NCBI GenBank assembly: GCA_001798885.1
Contig: MGQW01000072.1
Coordinates: forward strand, 3,669-67,668
Origin: Deltaproteobacteria bacterium RBG_16_64_85
GTDB lineage: Bacteria > Desulfobacterota > Deferrimicrobia > Deferrimicrobiales > Deferrimicrobiaceae
Length of the DNA: 64,000 nt
Direction of reading: 5' to 3'
Position 1 is the first letter of the stretch; the number at the start of each line of letters is the position of its first letter. Of the stretch, positions 1 through 9,621 are shown one piece after another. The notes beneath the pieces are model-generated. The model was given only the letters and a program-made list of their open reading frames with translations. It did no database searches and was not told where the DNA came from. The translations under genes and the position numbers were made by a program.

Positions 1-266
1 CCGGAAGGGAGGAGATCCCCTCGCGGTCAAAGAGGGAGGCCGCCTAAAGGTCGTTCTGAAGTGTGGGAACTTTCCGTATACTATCTCCATGGTTGCTTTA
101 TATGACTGATTTACTGTTTTTAATATATCTTGTCAAGACTTTTCATGGCCACTCAGGTCATACCATCACTTCATGTTATATAACCATTTCTTAATGTGGA
201 TTTACAGATCGGTCCAGGAGTGGGGAATTCTGTCCGAAATCAGGGTGTACGCGGTATCATAATCTT

Positions 267-1010
267 ATGGAAAAATCAATCCTCGGACGGCGGGGGGGGG
301 CTCCGCTCATCGTGGCGCATCGCGGGGCGCCGGATCGCGCCCTGGAAAACTCCCTCGCCGGAATCGCCCTTGCCGCGGCCGACGGCGCCGACATGATCGA
401 GTTCGACGTCCGCCTGACCTCCGACGGCGAGCCGGTGGTCCTTCACGATGCCCGTACGGGGCGAACGGCGAAAAAGGACCTTCCCGTCGCCTCGACTCCC
501 TCGGCGCGTCTGCGGGAGATCCAGCTCAAGAACGGGGAGCCGATACCGTTTCTCGCCGACGTGCTGGAACTCCTCCGGGGGAAGATCCCGATCAACATCC
601 ATGTCAAGACTCCCGGGGGGGTGGCCGCCGTGTGCCGGGTCCTCTCGGGCGCGGGATACGAGGGGAAAGTGGCGCTTTCTTCCGGCTTGCGGAAAGAGTG
701 CCTGGCGGCACGCTCGCTGCGCCCCGATCTCCCCTGCGGGCTCGTCACGGACCGTCCCTCCGCCTCCGACATCGCCTTCTGCCTCCGGCATTCGCTCCCT
801 TCGATCCATCCGGATCACCGGAGGCTCTCTCTCCTTCGCGTCTGGAAGGTGAAACGAGCGGGGCTGCTGCTGATCCCCTACACGGTGAACGATCCGAAAG
901 TTTTTTTCCGCCTGGCCGACGGCGGCGCGGACGGCGTCTTCTCGAACTGTGCCGGAGTCCTGCGGGCGGCGTGGCGGGAGCGGACCGCCGCGGGAACGGG
1001 TGATCCATAG
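267..1010 (+). CDS. glycerophosphodiester phosphodiesterase (GDPD) family protein
   Basis: 247-aa ORF. N-terminal LIVAHRGAP..ENSLAGI..MIEFDVRLTSDGEPVVLHD matches the GDPD catalytic signature. Confidence 0.85.
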   Translation: MEKSILGRRGGAPLIVAHRGAPDRALENSLAGIALAAADGADMIEFDVRLTSDGEPVVLHDARTGRTAKKDLPVASTPSARLREIQLKNGEPIPFLADVLELLRGKIPINIHVKTPGGVAAVCRVLSGAGYEGKVALSSGLRKECLAARSLRPDLPCGLVTDRPSASDIAFCLRHSLPSIHPDHRRLSLLRVWKVKRAGLLLIPYTVNDPKVFFRLADGGADGVFSNCAGVLRAAWRERTAAGTGDP

Positions 1011-1043
1011 CACCGTGCGCATCGCGCCAGGGGCGCCCGGTAC

Positions 1044-1189
1044 CGGCTCCGCCGTACCCTCCCGCAGTATGCGCCTTCCGTTAGGTGCACGTACCGCCGC
1101 GGCTGCAAGTTCCCTTTCCTCGCGGGATGCCGCATCGGAGAGGAAGCCCCCTGCGAGGAATCCAGCGGAACCTGGAAACGCAGCCGATC
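1044..1189. repeat. GC-rich structured intergenic repeat, copy 1 (shares modules with 9622..9950 and 47702..47849)
   Basis: 1071..1189 aligns with 9777..9950 (gcgccttccgtt...ggagaggaagccccc.gcgaggaatcc.gcggaacc.ggaaacgcagccgatc). 1044..1080 resembles the tail of the 9622..9770 module. Internal inverted repeat TTCCTCGCGGG / CCCTGCGAGGAA. Confidence 0.7.
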
Positions 1190-1219
1190 GCGGCGACGAG
1201 AACGCAACGACGGACGGAC

Positions 1220-2188
1220 TCAGCGGCCGAGGTTCCCGGCGAGGATGTATTCCTTCGCGGAGTTGACCGCCGTTGCGGCCTCTCCCGACCCCGCTGTGAT
1301 CAGCAGGACTTTTCCCGGGTAGGTGACGATGTCGCCTGCCGCGAAGACTCCCGGCAGGTTGGTGGACATGTCGGGGGCGACGGCGATCCCGCTCCCAACG
1401 ATGTTCAGGCCCCACTGGCGGAACGGCTCCAGGTTGGTGAGCATACCGATCGAGAGGACGATCGCGTCGACCGCGATCTCCTCCTCCTTGCCGCTCCGCT
1501 CGTTCCAGATCACCGCGCCGGTGACGTGGTCCTCACCGAGGACGGCCTTCAGGGTGAAGTAGGGGAACTTCACGTTGACACTGGAGGCAAGGAGCCTGTC
1601 GACCATCGCCTCGTGGGCCTGGAACCTGTACATCCGGTGGGCCAGGGTGACCTCCGAGGCGATTCCCTCGAGGGAGAGCGCCCAGTCCACGGCGCTGTTC
1701 CCCCCGCCCACGATGAGGACCTTCTTTCCGCGGAGCGCCTCGAAGGACCTGAGGTAGTAGTGGATTCCGTGCCCCTCCATGTCGATGAGGTGCGGGATAT
1801 CGAGCTTGCGGGGGACGAAGGCGCCGCACCCTACCGCGATGATGGCCGTCTGCGCGTAATGGATCCCGTTGACCGTCGTCAGTTCGATCACTCGCTCACC
1901 AAGGACGCGGAGCCCGGTGACCCGCTCGGAAAGGACGATCGTGGGCCGGTATTGCATCGTCTGCTCGGTGAGCAGCCGGACCAGGTCGGCGGCGACGATC
2001 TTCGGGTGGCCGGCCACGTCGAAGATCTCCTTCTCCGGGTACATGGAAATGAGCCGACCGCCCACCTGGGGGTACATTTCGATGAGCTTGGTCCGGCAAT
2101 CCCGGAGACCCGCGTAGTAGGCGGCATAGAGCCCCACCGGCCCGGCGCCGACGACGGTGATGTCGTACAACTCGCTTCGCAGCACCAT
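1220..2188 (-). CDS. ferredoxin-NADP+ reductase / thioredoxin-reductase-like flavoprotein
   Basis: ORF 1220..2245. YDITVVGAGPVGLYAAYYAG dinucleotide-binding motif near the N-terminus, and a second GGGNSAVDWA motif. ATG at 2188 preferred over the upstream GTG at 2245. Confidence 0.8.
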   Translation of the reverse strand: MVLRSELYDITVVGAGPVGLYAAYYAGLRDCRTKLIEMYPQVGGRLISMYPEKEIFDVAGHPKIVAADLVRLLTEQTMQYRPTIVLSERVTGLRVLGERVIELTTVNGIHYAQTAIIAVGCGAFVPRKLDIPHLIDMEGHGIHYYLRSFEALRGKKVLIVGGGNSAVDWALSLEGIASEVTLAHRMYRFQAHEAMVDRLLASSVNVKFPYFTLKAVLGEDHVTGAVIWNERSGKEEEIAVDAIVLSIGMLTNLEPFRQWGLNIVGSGIAVAPDMSTNLPGVFAAGDIVTYPGKVLLITAGSGEAATAVNSAKEYILAGNLGR

Positions 2189-2295
2189 GGCGCATAATAT
2201 AGCAGAAGAATTGCCGAAAACGCCGGCGTTTCCTTTTACCGGCACTTGCCGGCCGCCTATGGTATAGTCTTACGAATTGCCCGCGGGAGAGACGA

Positions 2296-3345
2296 TTGAC
2301 GGAGTTGAGATATCTGCCGGTGGCCTGGAAGCGGGGGACCGATTTCCTCGGCAGCCGGTACGCGATCCTTTGCGGAGCCATGACCTGGGTGTCCGAGTCC
2401 AACCTCGTATCCGCCATTTCGAACGAGGGGGGGTTCGGGGTCCTCGCCGGGGGAAACATGCCCCCGGACCTGCTGGCGAAGGAAATCGAAGCCACCCGCC
2501 GGAAGACGAGGTTCCCCTTCGGGGTCAACCTGATCACGGTCGCCCCGAACTTCCGGGAACAGATCGACGTGGTCGTCCGGGAAAAGGCCCCGTTCGTCTT
2601 TTTCGCAGGGAGCATCCCTTCGGGGAAAGACATCGAGCAGGTCAAGGTTTCCGGGGCCAAGCTGATCTGCTTCGCTCCGGTGCTCTCCCTCGCCAGGCGA
2701 CTCATCAAGCAGGGGGTGGACGCCCTGGTCATCGAGGGGAACGAGGCGGGCGGCCACATCGGGCCCGTCGCCACATCCGTCCTCGCGCAGGAATTTCTCC
2801 TGAGCATCACCGAGGTTCCCATCTTCGTGGCGGGGGGGATCGGCACGGGGGAGATGATCGCCCAGTACCTCATGCTTGGCGCGGCGGGGGCCCAGCTGGG
2901 GACACGGTTCGTCGTGGCGGAGGAGTGCGTGGCGCATCCCCGTTTCAAGGAGGCGTTCATCAAGGCCCAGGCCCGGGACGCCATGCCGAGCTCGCAGTTC
3001 GACGCGTCGCTTCCGACCATCCCGGTGCGCGCCATCTTGAACGAGGGGACGAAGGACTTCAACCGCCTCCAGTTCGAGCTTCTGAGCAAGGTCAAGTCCG
3101 GCGAGATTCCCCGCGAGGAGGCCCAGGTCAAGCTCGAGGAGTTCTGGGTCGGCGCCCTGCGCCGCGCCGTGGTGGACGGGGACATCGAGCATGGCTCCCT
3201 GATGGCGGGCCAAAGCGTTGCCTTCGTCAAGAAGATCCAGCCCGTGCGCGAAATCATCGAAGACCTGGTGTCCGCGGCGGAGCGCAAACTGGCCGATCTG
3301 GCAAACGGTGGACCGCAACCCGCCGGCGGTCAACTTCGCCGATAA
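2296..3345 (+). CDS. NAD(P)H-dependent flavin oxidoreductase (nitronate monooxygenase / FabK-like)
   Basis: 349-aa ORF. ILCGAMTWVSESNLVSAISNEGGFGVLAGG and EGNEAGGHIG are typical of the NMO/FabK TIM-barrel family. Non-ATG (TTG) start. Confidence 0.8.
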   Translation: MTELRYLPVAWKRGTDFLGSRYAILCGAMTWVSESNLVSAISNEGGFGVLAGGNMPPDLLAKEIEATRRKTRFPFGVNLITVAPNFREQIDVVVREKAPFVFFAGSIPSGKDIEQVKVSGAKLICFAPVLSLARRLIKQGVDALVIEGNEAGGHIGPVATSVLAQEFLLSITEVPIFVAGGIGTGEMIAQYLMLGAAGAQLGTRFVVAEECVAHPRFKEAFIKAQARDAMPSSQFDASLPTIPVRAILNEGTKDFNRLQFELLSKVKSGEIPREEAQVKLEEFWVGALRRAVVDGDIEHGSLMAGQSVAFVKKIQPVREIIEDLVSAAERKLADLANGGPQPAGGQLRR

Positions 3346-3396
3346 GCGCGTAGAACGTTTTTCCGACACTTTCCCACAACCAGAAGGAGTCGCTCC

Positions 3397-4026
3397 ATGT
3401 TCCGCATTCTCCCGACTGACCAGGAATTTTTCGTCCTGTTCGAGAAAGCGTCGAAGAACATCCGGGAAGGTGCCGAGCTCCTCAAGAACCTCCTGGACAA
3501 CTTCGAGAACGTCAAGGAGATGGCTCGTCAGATCGAAGAGGTCGAGCACCGGGGAGACGCGATCACCCACGACATCGTCAAGAAGCTGAACACGACCTTC
3601 ATCACCCCGATCGATCGCGAGGACATCCTGGCGCTCGCCTCGTCGCTCGACGACATCATCGACCTGATCCACTCTACCTCCACGCGCATCACCCTTTACA
3701 AAATTACCGAGTCGACCCCCCAGGCCAAGGAGCTGGGGTTCCTGATCCTCAAGTCCGTACGGGAGCTCCACCGCGGGATCTCCCACATGGGGAAGAACAT
3801 GGGGAAGAGGATGGACGGGGTGTACGAGCACTGCGTCGAGGTGCACTCGCTGGAGAACGAGGCGGACCGCGTCTGCCGCGACGCGATCGCCTACCTCTTC
3901 GAGCACGAGAAGGACCCGATCACGATCCTCAAGTGGAAGGAGGTCTACGAGACCCTGGAGACGGCCACCGATCGCTGCGAGGACGCCGCAAACGTACTCG
4001 AAGGGGTAGCGCTCAAGAATGCCTGA
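3397..4026 (+). CDS. DUF47 (PhoU-like) phosphate-transport accessory protein
   Basis: 209-aa helical ORF that overlaps the following PiT gene by 8 nt, the usual DUF47-PiT pairing. Confidence 0.8.
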   Translation: MFRILPTDQEFFVLFEKASKNIREGAELLKNLLDNFENVKEMARQIEEVEHRGDAITHDIVKKLNTTFITPIDREDILALASSLDDIIDLIHSTSTRITLYKITESTPQAKELGFLILKSVRELHRGISHMGKNMGKRMDGVYEHCVEVHSLENEADRVCRDAIAYLFEHEKDPITILKWKEVYETLETATDRCEDAANVLEGVALKNA

Positions 4027-5026
4027 GAGCTCGTTCGCGCTCCTTGCGCTGGTCATCGTTGCGGCGCTCGTATTCGACTTCATCAACGGCTTCCACGACA
4101 CCGCCAACGCGATCGCCACCTGCATCTCGACCCGCGCTCTCTCGATCCGGGACGCTATCCTCATGGCCGCGGGGCTGAACTTCGTCGGGGCGCTGGTCTC
4201 CACGCACGTGGCCACGACGATCGGCAAGGAGATCGTCGACCCGTCGCAGGTGACCCAGGTCGTCGTCCTGTCCGCCCTGATCGGCGCCATCTTCTGGGAC
4301 CTCCTCACCTGGCGCTACGGGATCCCGTCCTCCTCCTCGCACGCGATCATCGGCGGGCTCATCGGGGCGGTGGTGGCGGAACGGGGATGGGGCGTACTCA
4401 AATGGGAAGGGATCACGAAGATCCTTGCGGCGATCGTCATCTCTCCGCTGGCGGGGACGCTGATCGCCTTCCTCATCATGGTCGGCATCTTCTGGATCTT
4501 CCGGGGCTATCACCCCTCCCCCCTGAACCGGGGGTTCCGAAAGCTCCAGATCGTGTCGGCCGCCTTCATGGCGTTCTCCCACGGCTCCAACGACGCGCAG
4601 AAGTCGATGGGCGTCATCACGCTGGCGCTCACCTCGTACGGGGCGATCCATACCTTTCACATCCCGCTTTGGGTAATCCTCTCCTGCGCCGTCTCGATGG
4701 CCGTGGGGACGGCGATGGGGGGATGGCGGATCATCAAGACGGTCGGGACCGATATCGTGAAACTTTCGCCCGTCCACGGCTTCTGCGCGGAAACGTCGTC
4801 GGCGGGAGTCATCCTCACCGCCTCCGCGATGGGGATCCCCATCAGCACCACCCACGTCATCACCTCGGCCATCCTGGGCGTCGGCCTTTCCCAGGGACAC
4901 CGGAGGGTGAACTGGATGGTGGGCGCAAGGATCGTGTGGGCCTGGATCCTCACCATCCCGGCCGCCGCCGCCGCCGGGTACTTCTCCTACGACATCCTCG
5001 GGCCGCTCTTCCTCCTCCATCGATAG
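4019..5026 (+). CDS. inorganic phosphate transporter, PiT family
   Basis: 335-aa polytopic ORF with FINGFHDTANAIAT and a repeated GSNDAQK signature. Confidence 0.9.
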   Translation: MPESSFALLALVIVAALVFDFINGFHDTANAIATCISTRALSIRDAILMAAGLNFVGALVSTHVATTIGKEIVDPSQVTQVVVLSALIGAIFWDLLTWRYGIPSSSSHAIIGGLIGAVVAERGWGVLKWEGITKILAAIVISPLAGTLIAFLIMVGIFWIFRGYHPSPLNRGFRKLQIVSAAFMAFSHGSNDAQKSMGVITLALTSYGAIHTFHIPLWVILSCAVSMAVGTAMGGWRIIKTVGTDIVKLSPVHGFCAETSSAGVILTASAMGIPISTTHVITSAILGVGLSQGHRRVNWMVGARIVWAWILTIPAAAAAGYFSYDILGPLFLLHR

Positions 5027-5052
5027 CGGCCGCCCGCAAGGAGGTTCAGACG

Positions 5053-5466
5053 ATGATCCGAAAGATCCAGCACATCGGCGTAGCGGTCCGGAAGCTCGAC
5101 GACGCCATTCCATTTTACCGCGACGTCCTGGGGCTCGACCTGGTCGGCATCGAGGAAGTCGCCGAGCAGAAGATCCGGGCGGCGGTGTTCCGCGTGGGGG
5201 AGAGCACCATCGAGGTGATCGAGTCGACCTCGCCGGACGGCCCGGTCGGGAAGTTCCTCGAGAAGAACGGGGAGGGGATCCACCACCTCTGCTTCCAGGT
5301 GGAGGACGCGGCCGCGGCGCTCGCCCGCGCAAAGGAGAAGGGGGCCCGCCTGATCGACGAAACCCCGAGAGTCGGCGTGCACGGCATGAAGATCGGCTTT
5401 CTCCACCCGAAGTCGACGTTCGGCGTCCTGACCGAGTTCGCCCAGGAGGGGGACGACCGCCCGTGA
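5053..5466 (+). CDS. methylmalonyl-CoA epimerase / VOC (glyoxalase) family protein
   Basis: In-frame ATG at 5053 inside ORF 4387..5466. MIRKIQHIGVAVRKLDDAIPFYRDVLGL...GIHHLCFQVED is typical of the epimerase family. Confidence 0.75.
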   Translation: MIRKIQHIGVAVRKLDDAIPFYRDVLGLDLVGIEEVAEQKIRAAVFRVGESTIEVIESTSPDGPVGKFLEKNGEGIHHLCFQVEDAAAALARAKEKGARLIDETPRVGVHGMKIGFLHPKSTFGVLTEFAQEGDDRP

Positions 5467-7598
5467 GTACCTCTTCCCCCGCTCCGGCTTCCGTCCGAAC
5501 GCTGCTTTTGTGCTTCCATAACCACCAGCCGGTGGGGAACTTCGATTTCGTCCTCGAGGAGGCAAGCAGGAACGCCTACCTGCCGTTTCTCGAGACCCTC
5601 GAGCGCTTTCCCGGGATCAAGCTGACCCTCCACTATTCGGGCTTTCTCCTCCATTGGCTCGCCGACAACCGACCGGACATCCTGCGGCTCCTCAAGGAGT
5701 TGGCGTCCCGGGGACAGGTGGAGATTATCGGCGGAGGGATGTACGAGCCGATCCTCGCGCTCCTCCCCGAGCGGGACCGGCTGGGCCAGGTGCGCGCCCT
5801 GGCGGAGAGCGTCCGGACCTTTTTCGGGAGGCGGCCGGAGGGTGCCTGGCTCGCCGAGCGGGTCTGGGAACCCGACCTGGTGGCGCCGCTCTCAGCGGCG
5901 GGAGTGAAGTATTTCCCCTTGGACGATTACCATTTCCTGCGGGCGGGGCTGGAGCCCATGGAGCTGGACGGAGTCTACCTCACCGAGGCCGGCGGCGCGT
6001 CGGTTCGCGTGTTCCCGGGAAGCGAGCTCCTCCGGTACCTGATTCCGTTCGGCGACGTGGAGGAGACGCTGCGCGCCATCGACCGGATGACGTCGAGGGA
6101 TGTTCCTTACCCGGCGGCGATCTTCGCGGACGACGGGGAGAAGTTCGGCGTCTGGCCCGGGACGCGGAAAAGCGTTTACGAGGAGGGGTGGCTCCGGCGC
6201 TTCTTCGAGGGGATCTGGGCGAGGCGGGACGGATTCACGACCATGACCTTCGGGGAATACGCCGCCCGAGCGCCGGTGCGGGGAAGGGTCTATCTTCCCA
6301 CCTGCTCCTACATCGAGATGGGGGAATGGGCTCTTCCGCCGGGCCGGGCCGCGCGGTTCGGGGACCTGCTCCGCGACTTCCGCGCGGGCGGGATGGCGGA
6401 GATGAAGCCGTTCGTACAGGGGGGATTTTTCCGGAACTTCCTGCGCAAGTACGAGGAGGCCAACCAGCTCCACAAGCGGATGTGGTGGGTAAGCGGAAGG
6501 GTGGAGGAGGCCGCCCGCAAGGGCGCCGACGCTGCGGGGCGGGATTTCCTCTACCGGGCCCAGTGCAACGATGCCTACTGGCACGGGGTTTTCGGCGGGT
6601 TGTACCTGAACCACCTCCGCGAGGCGGCCTACCGGAACCTGCTCCGTGCGGAAGAGGCGTCGGACCGTGTGCTTCACGCCGGCAAGACCCGCTGGACGGA
6701 AACCGTCCGGGGCGACCTCGACCTCGACGGCGGGGCGGAGGTGCTCCTGAAGACGCCCGCCCTCACGCTCCTCGTCCACGCGCACGACGGCGGCGCCATC
6801 ACGGAGATTTCGCTCCCTCCGCGGGGAGTGACGCTCGGGCACGTCCTGACCCGGCGGGAGGAGGGGTACCACGCGAAGCTCCGGAAGGCGGGCGGGTCGT
6901 TCGACGGCTCGACCAGCATCCACGACATCATCGTCCTCAAGGACCCGTCGGTGCTCTCGGCGCTGTCGGTCGACCCCTGGCAGCGGGCCTCCTTCCGGGA
7001 GGCGATCTACCGGGAGGAGGATCCCTTGGAGAGGATTCTCGGGGATGCCGTTTCCCCCCTGTGCGCCACCGCGGGCAGGGAAACACGCGTGGAGATCACC
7101 CGCAGCGGCCCGCGGATCGTCCTCTCCCAGCACTTGCCGCTCTCGGCTCCGGGGGTCGAGCTCACGCTGGAAAAAGTGCTGAAGGTCAACGCGGGGGACG
7201 AGGGGTTCCACGTCCGGTACCGCCTCATCAACCAGGGGAAGGAGACGGTCTCCGGCAGGTTCGCTTCGGAGTGGAACCTGAACTTCCTTTCGGGGAGCGG
7301 GCCGGACCGAAGATATGAAGGGGTGGGGCAGGATGCGGCGCTTTCCTCCCGCGGCGTGACGGCCGTCCTGCGGGAGTTCCGGATCGTGGACGGATGGCGT
7401 AAGGTGTCGGTCAACGCGAAGACGGACCGGGAGTTCGCGCTCCTGCGCTATCCGGTGGAGACCGCATCGCTGTCGGAGTCGGGTGTGGAAAAGCTCCACC
7501 AGGGGGTTTGCCTGCGGCTTCTTTTCCCCATCCGCATTCCTCCCGGAGATAATGAACAGTATTCATTGTTTTGGTCCGTATTTTCTATTGCCCCCTGA
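5463..7598 (+). CDS. glycoside hydrolase family 57 protein (alpha-amylase / 4-alpha-glucanotransferase type)
   Basis: 711-aa ORF. N-terminal LLLCFHNHQPVGNF...LTLHYSG matches the GH57 conserved region. GTG start overlaps the preceding stop (GTGA). Confidence 0.85.
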   Translation: MSTSSPAPASVRTLLLCFHNHQPVGNFDFVLEEASRNAYLPFLETLERFPGIKLTLHYSGFLLHWLADNRPDILRLLKELASRGQVEIIGGGMYEPILALLPERDRLGQVRALAESVRTFFGRRPEGAWLAERVWEPDLVAPLSAAGVKYFPLDDYHFLRAGLEPMELDGVYLTEAGGASVRVFPGSELLRYLIPFGDVEETLRAIDRMTSRDVPYPAAIFADDGEKFGVWPGTRKSVYEEGWLRRFFEGIWARRDGFTTMTFGEYAARAPVRGRVYLPTCSYIEMGEWALPPGRAARFGDLLRDFRAGGMAEMKPFVQGGFFRNFLRKYEEANQLHKRMWWVSGRVEEAARKGADAAGRDFLYRAQCNDAYWHGVFGGLYLNHLREAAYRNLLRAEEASDRVLHAGKTRWTETVRGDLDLDGGAEVLLKTPALTLLVHAHDGGAITEISLPPRGVTLGHVLTRREEGYHAKLRKAGGSFDGSTSIHDIIVLKDPSVLSALSVDPWQRASFREAIYREEDPLERILGDAVSPLCATAGRETRVEITRSGPRIVLSQHLPLSAPGVELTLEKVLKVNAGDEGFHVRYRLINQGKETVSGRFASEWNLNFLSGSGPDRRYEGVGQDAALSSRGVTAVLREFRIVDGWRKVSVNAKTDREFALLRYPVETASLSESGVEKLHQGVCLRLLFPIRIPPGDNEQYSLFWSVFSIAP

Positions 7599-7665
7599 TT
7601 TGCAAAACGGTATGTTAAGGCAATTTCGGATCGGTGCTGAACTACCATTCAGAAGGAGGGAGACG

Positions 7666-8943
7666 ATGAGAGTCGCGAGAGGATTGTCCGTACTGGTGGT
7701 CCTGATGTTCTCGGCCACGTCGGCGATGGCGGCCGGATTCCGACTTCCCGAGGCGGGGGCCAAAGCGATGGGGATGGGGTTCGCCTTCACCGCGCAGGCG
7801 GACGACCCTTCCGCGATCTATTTCAATCCCGCGGGCATCGTCCAGCTCGAGGGGAGCAACTTCAAGGGTGGTATCACCTACGTGAAGGAAAACGGGGGAA
7901 CATTCACCGGCACGACGCCCCTCACCGGCGGGGCAACCGTAGCCGAGACGCAGAAGGACCTGAATTTCTTCATCCCGAACCTGTTTTTCACGAGGAAGGC
8001 TTCCCCGAACTTCGCCTACGGCGTCGGCGTTTTCTCGCCGTTCGGTCTGGGCCAGGAGTACGAGAACCCCAACACGAGCATCTTCCGGAACCAGACCACA
8101 AAGATCGACCTGATGACGATTGTCGTCAACCCCACGGTGGCGTGGAAGGTCAACGAGGTCCTGTCGATCGGTGCGGGGATCGATTTCATGTACGGGAGTG
8201 CAATATTGGAGAAAACCCCTTTCAGCGTCGCATTGGGAGGCAATCTCTACAATTCGAAACTGGAAGGAAACGGGGATGCCTGGGGATACAACTTCGGGAT
8301 ATTGCTTACGCCATCGAAGGATTTGAAAGTGGGAGTTTCCTACAGGAGTCCATTTTCATTGGAGGTCAAAGACGGGGATGTGGAAATCAGAAATATCAAT
8401 GGCCCCACGTCCGCCACTTTTTTCGGAGGGGCGACCTCATTTGACACCAAGGGATCCGCGACAATCAACATGCCGGCGACCGCTACGATCGGAGTTGCCT
8501 ACACAGTCAACCGGCTGACCCTTGAAGTGGACGCAGACTGGACCTTCTGGCACAGTTTCCATAGTCTTGATATCAACATAAAGGATGAAAGGCCTCCTGT
8601 CCTGGTGGATACTACCACGGCGAAAAACTGGAAAGACGTGGTGGCGTTGCATGTCGGGGGAGAATACCGTGTATCGGATCCTTTGGCGCTCAGGCTCGGG
8701 TTCCGCTACGATCCCACGCCGGTCCCGGCCGAGACGATGGGTCCCGAGCTTCCCGACGCCGACAAATTGTATTACACCGCCGGGGTGGGATACAAATTGA
8801 GGAACTGGACGTTCGATATTGCTTACATGTACGTAGACAAGAAGGACAGAACGGTGAACAATCAGACCGCCTCCGCAGGTTTCAACGGCACATGGACGGG
8901 AGATGCTCACCTCGTGGCGCTCGACGTCGGGTACAAGTTCTAA
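7666..8943 (+). CDS. outer-membrane transport protein, FadL/TodX (OMPP1) family
   Basis: ATG 7666 preceded by AGGAGGGAG. Signal peptide MRVARGLSVLVVLMFSATSAMA, then AGFRLPEAGAKAMGMGFAFTAQADDPSAIYFNPAG. C-terminal ...DVGYKF beta-barrel signature. Confidence 0.8.
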   Translation: MRVARGLSVLVVLMFSATSAMAAGFRLPEAGAKAMGMGFAFTAQADDPSAIYFNPAGIVQLEGSNFKGGITYVKENGGTFTGTTPLTGGATVAETQKDLNFFIPNLFFTRKASPNFAYGVGVFSPFGLGQEYENPNTSIFRNQTTKIDLMTIVVNPTVAWKVNEVLSIGAGIDFMYGSAILEKTPFSVALGGNLYNSKLEGNGDAWGYNFGILLTPSKDLKVGVSYRSPFSLEVKDGDVEIRNINGPTSATFFGGATSFDTKGSATINMPATATIGVAYTVNRLTLEVDADWTFWHSFHSLDINIKDERPPVLVDTTTAKNWKDVVALHVGGEYRVSDPLALRLGFRYDPTPVPAETMGPELPDADKLYYTAGVGYKLRNWTFDIAYMYVDKKDRTVNNQTASAGFNGTWTGDAHLVALDVGYKF

Positions 8944-8970
8944 ACGCCCGGCGCAAGCCAGGAACTCCGA

Positions 8971-9001
8971 GGGGGCGGCCATTCGGTCGCCCCCTTTTTT
9001 T
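8971..9001 (+). terminator. rho-independent terminator after the FadL-like gene
   Basis: GGGGGCG-gccattcggt-CGCCCCC stem followed by a run of 8 T. Confidence 0.7.
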
Positions 9002-9087
9002 CCGAATCCATCCGCGCCTCTTCCGCTTCTAAAGGTCGATTTCGGACTTCTATAAGGTACATCCACAACATTTAAGGAGGTGCAAGG

Positions 9088-9609
9088 ATGCCTGCGATGG
9101 TAAAAAGCCGTGCGCCGGAGTTCACTCTGGACGGGGTGGTCGGGAAAGAGTTCAAGACGGTAAAGCTGACCGATTACAAGGGGAAGTGGGTCGTTCTCTT
9201 CTTCTACCCGCTCGATTTCACCTTCGTATGCCCCACCGAGATCCTCGAGTTCTCCCGCAGGGAGAGGGACTTCCTCCGGGAGGACTGCCAGATCCTCGGC
9301 GTGAGCGTCGACAGCAAGTACTCCCACCTGGCATGGGTCGAGCACGGGCTTGGGGAGATCTCCTTCCCGCTTCTGGCCGACATCCGCAAGCAGACGGCCC
9401 GCGATTACGGCGTTCTCCTCGAGGATGCCGGCGTCTCCCTTCGCGGCACGTTCATCATCGACCCCGAGGGGGTCATCCGGTGGATGCTCGTCCACGATCT
9501 GGGCATCGGCCGAAGCGTGGAGGAGGTGCTCCGCGTCCTGCAGAGTCTGAAGACGGGGGAGTTGTGCCCCGCGGAATGGCGGCCGGGGAAGGCGTTCATC
9601 CGCGCCTGA
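9088..9609 (+). CDS. 2-Cys peroxiredoxin (AhpC/Prx family)
   Basis: 173-aa ORF with DFTFVCPTEI peroxidatic Cys motif. AAGGAGG RBS upstream. Confidence 0.9.
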   Translation: MPAMVKSRAPEFTLDGVVGKEFKTVKLTDYKGKWVVLFFYPLDFTFVCPTEILEFSRRERDFLREDCQILGVSVDSKYSHLAWVEHGLGEISFPLLADIRKQTARDYGVLLEDAGVSLRGTFIIDPEGVIRWMLVHDLGIGRSVEEVLRVLQSLKTGELCPAEWRPGKAFIRA

Positions 9610-9621
9610 GGGGCGTGCCGC

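Noticed and set aside
1-95. Possible minus-strand gene start (MEIVYGKFPHF...) running off the left edge
   Set aside because: Only 30 codons are visible, with atypical (low GC3) codon usage and no RBS, so it cannot be supported from this window.
2257-4308. 683-aa minus-strand ORF across the FabK-like, DUF47 and PiT genes
   Set aside because: Antisense to three genes with clear family signatures. Arg/Asp/Gly/Leu/Pro/Val-rich low-complexity composition with no recognisable motif. High-GC artefact.
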